Positions 53,792 to 64,000 of a DNA stretch of 64,000 bases are shown here, one piece after another. Source of the DNA: Camelus ferus (lineage: Eukaryota); NCBI RefSeq assembly GCF_009834535.1, contig NC_045697.1, positions 84,694,001 to 84,758,000 of the forward strand, given 5' to 3'. How positions within the stretch are numbered: the first letter of the stretch is position 1; every line of letters starts with the position of its first letter. Under the pieces are notes generated by a model. That model was not told the origin of the DNA, ran no database searches, and saw nothing but the letters and a program-made list of their open reading frames with translations. Position numbers and translations under genes: made by a program.

Positions 53792-55466
53792 ATTGATAGG
53801 TATTGATTCCAGGGTTGATACCAAAGCAGATGTTCCAAATTCTTGGGTATTTTTATTGGGTGAAAAGGTCTTGTAGACTTAAGGTAAAACATCATCCTAC
53901 TAAGATGGTCTGTTGCATCTGTGTTCTTCTGGAGTGGTAAACTGATGGAATTTTCAAGGATAGAGCTGAAGAGGAGTTTTGGTTTCTATATTTTCCTGAA
54001 GATGGAGGCAGCAAGACTTCTTAAGATGCCAAGTTGAACATTTTGGATATGTATTAAATGCCTGAGAAAATAAAGCTTTTGTTCAGAATTTTGCCCAGTG
54101 GGCTCAACTAACTCAGCCCCATAAGTGACCTTAGAACTATTGTTTATTACTCTCCTAACTCCCACATTTGAATGAAGACTGATTTTTTTTCCCCTTTCAG
54201 TTCTACTAGAGAAATAGGACTGGGAACTCAACAAGCAGTCTAATGGGTGGTACCTGTACTTGTATTTGTACTAACTGGCTTCAGTAGCAAACACATTGAA
54301 ATAAGTGTGGATGAGATGGAAATTCTAATCTGATTTAACTGGCGACTCACCAAGTAGAACTTCTCAGTGTAAAAAAGCAACTTGTGATTGCCATGAGAAA
54401 ACACAACTTATTCTTCTATGCACTTGATGATTCTTTGTAAGAGTCTTACTTCTTAACAAAGCATAATAGGAGGTAGCTTCTTTCCCTGCACCATGGCTGA
54501 AAGCAGAGTTTGTGGTGTATACATTTATATAGTTAACTAAGAGGAGTTCTCAGATTAGACTGTAAGTTCACACATTCTCAGTGACGTCTCGAGTTAGGGA
54601 ACCCCATCTCAGTTCTTTTTATGTATAGGCGTGCCCTGCTTTGCTTAAGAATTTCATCAATGTTTATAGAAAAGTGCTCTCCTTTTCCAATATCCTTTAT
54701 ACATCTGGAATGGTTCAGGTAGGAGAACTCAGTCTCACACTTGTCTCTCATTATGACCTATTATCTCTGAAGGCTGTAGATCTCTGTCAGGACTGGTATG
54801 GCAGCAGAGTCATGGTAGGGGGAGAGATAAAGCACCTTTCAGTAGGGAATCATTTTATAGTTGATGTCTAACCCAAGATGTCTTCACTGGTCTTCAGTAC
54901 CATGACATTTTCTGTGTAACAGCAGTAAACTGCCAGGAAGCAGCCAATGATGGACAATGATATTTCAATGCGTGGTGACCATACCATACAAAGTATTGTA
55001 GTGTCCCTCTTAGCATTGTGAAGAAGACACTGGAATTTGCACAGTGTTTAGGTGCCTTACTTAGGTAGAGGAAACTCGGAAAAATGACTGACATAACAAT
55101 TTTAGAAATGGAGTCTGGGACCATTTAAGAACAGTGAAAGGAGCAGGTAAGAGTGCTCACACTTCAAGATTCAGGAGACAGTTTGGCATGATCTATAAGA
55201 GCAATGACAGGCATTTACATATGGAAGCAACACTCTAGATTCTCTGTGCCAGGGTCAAGCTAAATTTGTACCAGATAGAGTAGGTGGGTATCAGACAAGA
55301 TCAGATCCTAAGGAGGCAAGTGAAATCTGTATCAGGAACAGAGTGGCCATCCATATGTGCTAAGAGGTGCAGGTAAGTTGTCAAGGATGGCTCTGAGAAT
55401 CGTGTCATAGGGTATGCTACCTTCCCAGATGTCTCCATGGCAAGGAAAGCAGAACACTCTGATGTA

Positions 55467-56565
55467 CAGTAGTCCCCCTTTATTCACAGGGTGATGTTCC
55501 AAGACCCCCAGTGGATGCCTGAATCCTCAGATAGTACCCAACAGGATAGATATTAATTTTTCCCTCTACATTTATACCTATGATAAAGTTTAATTTATAT
55601 ATTAGGCAAGATAAGAGGTGAACAACAACTAATCATAAAATATAAAAATTACAACAATATACTGCAGGAAAAGTCATGTGACCATGGTCTCCCTCCTTAG
55701 CCAGCTTCCTCAGCCCTGTCTGAAATGTGGGAAATGTGGCAGTTTCTTCATCGGCAAGATGCAGCCTCTCCAGTAGTTTTTGTATTTTTCAATCTAAACC
55801 TATTCCTGAATCTCTGTAACCACTGCTGACTTGCAGTAAATAGCTTGGTGTCACTCCATTCAGAGGATCCCTTGTTGAAGTTTTGTAGAGGCTCCATGCT
55901 TTCTGGCACAACACATTGCTGTCAGTTGGAACACATTTTCTGTTCATGTCCTCCATCCACAAACTTGATGCCTTTTCCATCTTCGCTAAGTGCCTATCAT
56001 GCACTGTGGCCATAACTTTTGCAGTTGGAGGTGTGACAGCAAAACTAGCACGAATTTCTTTTTCCTTTTGTACAATTTCATGCATAAAAGAAGATTCGTT
56101 CTTACTGTAGATCTTAGTAACTTCAGCATACTGTTTTTTTTTCTTTCCTGATTAAGCTGATAGCATTCACATTTCACTTAAAGGATACACTTAACAGCAT
56201 CTCTTTGGTATATCTGAATGGCTAGCAACACTAGCCACTGGCTTCAGGGCCATTATTAAGTTAAAGTAAGGGCTACTTGAACTTAAGCACTGTGATACCA
56301 CAACAGTCAATCCATCTTGATAACCAAGAAGCTACCTAGTGACTAACGGGAGGGATACACTGGACAAAGGAATGGTTTACGTCAGGGCAGGACAGAATAG
56401 GATATGTGAGATTTCATCACACTACTCAGAATGGTACAAAATTTGAAACTTATGAATTGTTTATTTCTGGAATTTTCCATTTAATATTTTCGGATGTGTG
56501 TGTGGGGGGGGCAGGTAGTAACTGAATCCTCCAAAAGCAAAACTGTGAGTAAGTGGGAACTATTG
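55467..56565 (-). mobile_element. TcMar-Tigger DNA transposon (Tigger7/MER44-type), internally deleted, with transposase remnant
   Basis: TA-flanked TIRs CAGTAGTCCCCCTTTAT / GTAAGTGGGAACTATTG. ORF 55789..56085(-) (IVQKEKEIRASFAV..KMEKASSLWMEDMNRKCVPTDSNVLCQKAWSLY) resembles a CENP-B/pogo DNA-binding region. Confidence 0.88.
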
Positions 56566-57385
56566 TAACCACTTTAAAAATTCATTTTGGTGCAGTCATT
56601 TTGACTGAGGAAAATCTCACCGCATAGTTTCGGTGACGCTACATCAAAATGATTTTGTGAAAATAGAAAAATTCCAGCTTTTTACTACCAAAAGATATCC
56701 CTTCTACTAACTCTATCTCTATTCTATGCCTTACTTGCAGGATTTTTCTTTCTTTTTTACTAGTTGTTTTATTTTTAAACTTTTCATAACTGTGTTTTAC
56801 TTGTATTTCAAATCTTCAACATGTTTTAAATTACAGAAGTAATATATGCTCCTGGAGGCAAATAAAAGATACAAAAATGTATAAACTAATATGGATAGGA
56901 AGGAAATGAACATTCTCTGACACTCCACCACCCCATTCCCACCTCCTAGAGAAACCACCATTAATAATTTACTACACCCATAGACTAGTCAGGGGAAATT
57001 TCCCGTACAGCTTTGAAAAACAAAGTTTTAGTTAAATCCTGAGGAGATAACCTGCCAGTGAAGTCTTTAGTAAGATGTTCTGCTGCAAGTGTATATAAAA
57101 TTAAAATTAGATTGAAATTTTGGCTTATGCACTGAGATAAAACACATTGATCTCCAAAGTGAAGTTAGAAAAATCTTGCTAAATTTTCAAAGGAAGTGTC
57201 AAAAACCAATGTTACTGTTTTTAAGCTTCTCACCTCTATCGCAAAGTATTAAAAGTTTAGGAGAATTAAAGATAAAGAAGAATATTTGAGAGAGAAGTGT
57301 CTGGATGCTGTAACTCTTCTAACCTATAGGATGAGCAGGATGGAGATATCTGTCCCTTTATACTCAGTCAAGAGAAACGAACCTT

Positions 57386-57827
57386 TTGGAATCTAAAAAA
57401 CAAAAACAAAAACAAAAACAAACAAACAAACAAAAACAAAGCGTAAATAAAGGACAGAAATAGACTCACAGACAGAGAATACAGACTTGTGGTTACCAGG
57501 GGGGTGGAGGGTGGGAAGGGATAGACTGCGATTTCAAAATTGTAGAATAGACTACACTGTATAGCACAGGGAAATATACACAAAATGTTATGATAACTCA
57601 CAGAGGAAAAAAATGTGACAATGAGTGTGTATATGTCCATGAATAACTGAAAAATTGTGCTGAACACTGGAATTTGACACAACATTGTAAAATGATTATA
57701 AATCAATAAAAAATGTTTAAAAAAAAGACAGCATGATGCAGTTAGAAACAAAACTGTAAAGTAATCTTAATCATCTTCAAATAAAAAAAATAAAATAAAA
57801 TATTAAAAGGAACAAAAAAAAAAAAAA
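57386..57827 (+). mobile_element. Young 5'-truncated L1 with 3' extra segment and 16-bp TSD
   Basis: 57386-57726 is similar to the L1 3' UTR at 43673-44014. AAGAGAAACGAACCTT is repeated at 57370-57385 and 57828-57843. Confidence 0.9.
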
Positions 57828-59497
57828 AAGAGAAACGAACCTTGAAAAGACCTTGAAAAGTGTTGGACATAGTGAAGTCTCACCCTTGCCTGAGAAATCC
57901 AGTGGGTGAGGGATCAAGTGTGATAAATTGGATGTCCTCGATGACTTGGAGTTAGTAAACACAATGTTTTTACTCGAAGTGATATAAAAATTAATAATTT
58001 CATGGTAAGTAATACCACATTCATTGCTTAGCAATTCAGAAAGCTCACTTTATTTATGTTTTTAATTAATTAATTTTTTTGCTTTTCTAATTCCTCTGTG
58101 TATTTTATCTTTTGACTGTTTCTCTGAGGTAAAACTCTTAATAAGGAAAAGGCCTTTGAAAATTCACTTTAAAAAATAATTTTTGGATATGTGAGACTTT
58201 AACTCTTAGTTTTGTTGGATATGTAACTTTCATATTCCAGAGTAAGATGAAATAAAAACATACATACAAGTACACTCTTAAATCATTTAAAATATAAGGC
58301 CCTTTTGTATCATGTAATTTTTCTTTTCCATAAAATTTACAAATCTAGTTTGAAGAAAAAATATGTCAAAATACATTGTAAGTAATTGTATTATACACTT
58401 AAAATTGGTGAATTTTATTGTATATAATTTATGCTTTAATAAAGCTGATTAAAATGCATTAGCTGGAAAAATCAGTTAAAAGTTATTAAACAGAGTAGAC
58501 TAATGTAAGTTCCTGAAGCATAATTCAGAAATACCCTGGAAATGTCTGTTCATGATATTCATGTATGAAAACCTGTAACCTAGTTATAAAATATAAAATT
58601 TTATCTTGCTTTCGGTCTGCACTAATCATTTATGTTTGCTGTCTTTTACGTTTACTTTCACACTGATTTAACATTGAATCCTGGCACATTACATTTAGAA
58701 ACTGAGCAATCACTTTTTAAAATATATGTTCTGTGCTTGCCAGATGGATCTGGAAGTTCTCCCAGTAATGCTTTCATTGTCATAACCCACTTCACAATTC
58801 CATCATGAATGAGGTCATTAGGGAATGACATCATTTTCAGTACCTCCCAGACTGCAAGATTAAAAAAAATGCAATAACCTTTGTTTTTTAATTCATTTCT
58901 CTTACATAATCGTGTCCTAAGTTAGGCAAGACATAGTTCCTAAATCACACACACGTACAAACATACAATGCAGCCTGAAATCACACAATTGGAGGAATTT
59001 CTAATGTTTGGTCGTGGGTGGTCATGACATGCTAAAGGTTCAGGAAATACTAAGGGCTATTTAAGGTAGTCCAACAGGAAGAGGCCACCAGGAGTGGGTA
59101 GATGAATGCAGACGGGAAGTAAGAAAGCACTTCGGAGCTTTTCTGTCATTTTTCCTCCTTTAGGAGGCTATATAGAAAGTTGCTGCTTTCTTTAAAATGA
59201 GGAATTATGTAACAAAGCTTCAAAATTAAAATTCTCAGTTATTTTTTCAGTCACAGTCATATATTCAACAAATATTCATGATTCATTTGTGATGTGTAAT
59301 ATATAGAATATGATTGTTGGGTATTCAGTTGTGACTAAGTTAGATATGGTCTCTGCCGTCATGGAGCTAAAATTCTAGCTGGAGAAGTAATCATTAACCA
59401 ATTACAGAGATAACTTAAAATGTTCAAATATGGGAGAGAAGGGGGTCAGGGCAACAATGGAGCTGTATTGCTTATATGCTCACAATCAGCAGACAGG

Positions 59498-60050
59498 TGT
59501 TACGGTGGGGACCGTTTAAAGATTCTATCCCGGTAATCTTGTCACTGAGCAAGGGCTCGCTGCCTGATGTGCACAGAAGGCAATGTGATGGCACTGGCTT
59601 TTGAGAAAAGAAAGAACTTTATTGTGAGGTCGACAGACAAGGAGACAGGAGGCAAGGGACTCAAATCTGTCCTTCTGACCCAGGGTTTGGGATGAAATTT
59701 AAGGGGTTAGAGGAGTTTCAAATTTGGAAGCCAATTAGCTGGTCTCGAATTAATCCATAAACTACTCATGCTGCTGGAAGCCAGATTTTCCTTACTGAAG
59801 GATTTCTAGCTTCTTAAAGGGCTCCAGTGGCAATATTTCTATTCTTTGAGTTCCATAGAATGATGATTCTTGCTTCCAAGGTTATCCTGTCTTGCACATA
59901 TGCAGTGCTGTCTCCATAAGATAACTCAGGGTTTAATCAATCAATTAGCCTATTTAAGGAGGCAAAACCAGTTTAAGCTGATCAGTGTTTTATGTGCTAT
60001 TTCAGTCTGTTAATGTTAGATGCTTTGACAGCATTAAAGAGATAGTTACA
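59498..60050 (-). mobile_element. ERV solo LTR
   Basis: TGTTAC...GTTACA termini, minus-strand AATAAA (ctttattg ~59617) and LTR-like composition. No clear TSD. Confidence 0.6.
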
Positions 60051-60594
60051 GAATGTCTGTTATATCCCAGCCAGTGGCTGGCCTCGAGGTCTTGGCATGT
60101 CTTATTGCAGTGCCCATATTGGTAATGACAGTGATAGTCATAAAGACAAACGAACAGGACAAAGTTATGACCCCCGAACTCCTTTCTGTTTCCTGCTGGG
60201 TGGCCCTGGCCATCCAGGTATGTGCCAGAGATTATTGCAAATATGAATACTTATAGTTGCAGCTGCTCTGAGTTGGCTCAGTTGAGATAGGAGACTGGAA
60301 GGTTTTCTTGTGCAGAGATACAACTTCCTAAACAGTGTCTATTGGTGATAGAAATCTAAAACAGGACTCAATACCATTTTTTAAAACAGACGTTTTTTAA
60401 GTACCATAAATGATTTGCTTTTTTTTGGAAAATGGCATGAGTGTACTGTCTTATTTTTACTGTTTTTACTGGGGATGTTTGCATCATAATTTTTGCATCA
60501 TTTGAAAAAATTATTGAAGTATGCATTTTGTAGGTTGTATTACTGTTCACAATTATACATGGTACCCCTTCCTCATAAACAGTTTCTATCTTCT

Positions 60595-62743
60595 GGCCCA
60601 TTGCCATGGGACTTGCCTGCTTTCTGTTGTGAGGAGTATATATTTTCCCTCCCTCCCCATTGATTTTGGATTTAACCATGTAATTTTCTCTGGTCATTGG
60701 AATGTGAACAGATATGACTACATTACATCCACTTAGAAGCGCTAAGTGAAACTCTAAACCTCACCCTCTTTTCAAAATGTTATTTTTTTCCACATAAGAA
60801 CTTCAGCTTCCACCTGGATCTTCGAATAAGATCCGAGGAGCCAAGCCAAGCAGAGTCACCTTAGCTGCATCCATCCAGTAACTGCCCACATGAAACATTA
60901 ACAAGATGCTTCTTTTTGTAAGCCCGTGAAATTTTACAGCTGTTACACAGCAAACTTGAAAAGTACAGAATTTGATGCTTAGAGGTGGAGCATTACCATA
61001 TAAAAACTTAAAATATATGACAGTGATTCTGGGGGTGGGAGAGCCAGCAGTGAGGAAACTTTTTGGAGGCTGGAAAATTGGTGACACATTTTATGCAGTA
61101 GCAAAGCATTTGGTAAAACTGTTACCTGAGATAACTTGCAAGGCAAGCATGTATATAATGTACTTAAGGCTTTCTGTAAAGAGGATTTGAAATGTTACTA
61201 ATGTGAATTGGTTGTTAGAAGCTGTGTTCAATAAGGTAACACAAGAAGGAAAATGATCTCAAACATCGGTGACTTGTTCAACATAAGGGATGAAAAGGAA
61301 ACTAAAGAGTGAGAAACTCCAGGACTTACAGGGTAGGAAAAATCAAACTATTTCTCATCTCTAACTGGTTAAAAGGTAAGCACTTTGAGCCCAAAGGCCA
61401 ATTAAGACTCAGGTTAAGACAGTTTAGGGACAAAGACAAAATTATTGGCATGTACACAAAACCTTTTGATTGGATTAATGTGCCCCTCAGTAACTCCTTT
61501 CAGCTGGACAAAATGGCTCAGGAAAAAGAAACCAAAGAAGTGATCTCTCAAAGCCTGATAAACTCAAATACCTGTACTTGAGTTTAGAGAGAGAAACCGA
61601 TTTGTAAAAGAATAGTGAGCGTATCTATTAGTACATGGAGCAGAATAGATCACATAAATATAAGAAAAGACAAGATAAAAAGAAAAATTAAGAGAGTTTT
61701 AATGCCAAGAGTATTTCTAGCCTGAAATAGCAGGTGTGTGGCTTTTTGTATCTTAAAGTGACACATGGACCACCAACTTTCTCTGGGCAGGAAGAGGCCA
61801 AAAGCGCTGCTCAGCTCCAAGGAAGGCCTATTTTCTAATTTTCTATTCAGATATGATCATGGAGGGTAAAGGAAAAGGAAGGAAGTGGTTGGAGTCAGTA
61901 GCCCTGGAGTAAACAATCTGAGGAGTGAATCCCAAACTCCTAATCAAAGACACTTCATTTCCCCTACGCCCAGTGCCCTCCTGCTTGCCCAGTGGGATTT
62001 CAGAGCTTCTATGGACCAGTGAGTGCTCTGTGTTCTCCATTTTTTCCACCTTAAAGGGGAATGTTTATGTGTTTATCCTGCCTCTTTCCATCACTTTGTG
62101 TGGAGTGCATCTAGAGAAGATCACTTGTCTACTTAGTTCATATGTGTCCAAATCAAGAGGAGCTGTTTGGATTTGGTGCAGACAGGATCATGACCGCCAA
62201 GGCCAATGTCTTAGTTGGTTGAAACTTTTAGGATGTCTTCCTTGTAGGTGTGAGTGAATTTTGTGTGAAGAAGTGTTCAAAGTGAGTATCTGTGACCAAG
62301 AAGGTGAACTGAGATAGGTTTTGTTCACAATTACTTACGTCATCCTTCCAAGCGAGTGGATTATATATAAGTCCACTGCTGTGTGACCTGCTTGCCCCTC
62401 TGGGAGGAGTACACATCTCTGCCCTATGTTCTCTGGCCTTGGCCATGCAGCTCACTTTGTCCAGTGGAATAGGACATACGCCACAGATAAACAGAAGCTT
62501 TGAATGCAGTTGTGTTGCTTACACAAGGCCTCTTGCTTTTCTCTCCTGTAAGTTTTTGAGATTGTCTCCTGAAGAGCTGCTTCTTTAGCATGGGTGCAGA
62601 AATGAGGAGATACATGGAACCGAGACACACAGGACCAAGCAGCTAACTCTTAGCCATTGGCCTGTAAAAAGAGCAAGAAATAGATGCTTAGTTATTAAGC
62701 CACTGAGATTTTGGATTATTTGTTGTGCAGCAAAACTAATACA
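60595..62743 (+). mobile_element. Old MaLR provirus: LTR (~60595-60967), internal region, LTR (~62310-62743)
   Basis: Both LTRs share gaggagta..ccatg..ggaat and end in taagcc..tga..tttt..cagcaa..taca. The internal part begins gaatttgatgcttagaggtgg, typical of MLT1-int. Confidence 0.7.
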
Positions 62744-63179
62744 GTTAAGGGATTTTGCAATATTGATTTCTTTAGCTCCATGATTTGATCTTGATTTATA
62801 AACCTGAAGCATTTCAAAGAGAATTGATGGAGATGTTCATTGCTGTTTTAAAAGCTTGCATAACTCTCATACTCGTTTATTTGAACATAAAGTTTAATTT
62901 GTACCATGTCAATGATAGTTTAGATAAATTTTCATTTACTTGAAAGTCTCCTGCTGTGATTTTGTTATCATACTGTTCTGTATTTCATGGCTGTATGTTA
63001 GAATATATTTGGGAAGGAAAAATAATTTTATTTTTTCTGATTGTTACCTAGTGGCAAGCAGACTGTTTAATAATATGTGAGGTTTATCTAGAGCTCAGTA
63101 CATCAATCATTGTGCTATATTCTACACGCTTATTATCTTAACACTGAAAAATTCTTCATAACAAAAAGTTCTACATTAT

Positions 63180-63290
63180 TTCCCCAATAAACATCAGAGA
63201 AGGAGGTAATTTTTTCAAGGTCACACAGTTAGTAAGGTGGCAGACTTGAGACTCAAATCCAGATCCCAGACTCTTAATCCACGCTGCCTC
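63180..63290 (-). mobile_element. MIR SINE fragment
   Basis: caaggtcacacagttagtaaggtggcaga..actcaaatccag..ctcttaatccacgctgcctc. Confidence 0.75.
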
Positions 63291-64000
63291 GTTATTTTGG
63301 TTGGTGTTCACTGATACACGATTGGCCTTTAGGTACTAGTTTCTCGTTAAGCTGAATATTTCTGAGACTTAACTACTTTGGAAAACCCAAAGTGTCTGTC
63401 TTCATTTATAATAAGAAGATATGCTGTGTTCTTCAACTTTCTTGGGTTAAAAATAGAACATATATGAACAAAATGAATCTCTAAATATGTATTATCTGTA
63501 ATGTAAAATAACATATACATTTATATAAATCAATTGACAAAATATTTATTTACCAATTTCTAAGCTTGATCATAATTAGTTGTATAGTTTCTAGATTGAA
63601 AAAACGGTACAATACATAATCAATGTGATGTGTCAGGCTGACTCTGTTACATCTTCAGGGATTTCATAGGATAGTAACATGATAATTAGTTACACAATTT
63701 ATTTTACAGAAGGGATAAATCTGCTTACTATGTGACAGAAATCATATAATGATCTTCTCAAAAAGTGTCCCAAGTGTCATTACTTGTCCTAAATGTTAAA
63801 TTATGCTATACTATAAAAGTGTTCAGTGGGAAATTTTGAATTCCACCTTTTTTTTCTTTTTTAGGTTTTTTTTTTTAAATTATAGGAATCATCAGTGTCT
63901 TTGATAGGGTGATGTGCATTATACTGTACAAAAGACATATAAATATGTTTTATTTCTCAGATTTATTTGACAAGGACTGTCAAAATATAGGTCAAAATTT

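Noticed and set aside
1..64000. CRISPR arrays, tRNA/rRNA genes, prokaryote-type systems
   Set aside because: The DNA is eukaryotic, and I recognised no spacer-repeat arrays or structured RNA genes. The only tandem repeats are simple microsatellites.

Overview
Mammalian (non-primate, non-rodent) genomic DNA, AT-rich and repeat-dense; the young L1 3' ends look camelid-like to me, which is inference from recalled consensus shape. The only protein-coding gene I can support is the five-exon spindle-checkpoint gene MAD2L1 on the minus strand. Its ATG is at 14043, its TGA at 7899-7897 and its poly(A) signal at 7255-7260, and it has a CpG-island promoter carrying CHR, CCAAT, NRF1-like and E2F-like motifs. 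All splice sites are canonical, but exon 2 as written is 148 nt rather than the 147 nt needed: one extra base at 13068/13069 causes a frameshift and an early stop, most likely a consensus error in an essential gene. The upstream ~50 kb is intergenic. It holds a decayed full-length processed pseudogene of LTV1 (~31.0-32.45 kb), a 5'-inverted (twin-primed) young L1 nested in an old L1, a young L1 with a perfect 16-bp TSD and an apparent 3' transduction, a Tigger7/MER44-type transposon with transposase remnants, MaLR/ERV LTRs, MIR/L2 remnants and microsatellites. I found no convincing novel biological system. Repeat family names and reference proteins come from memory, not from a search.
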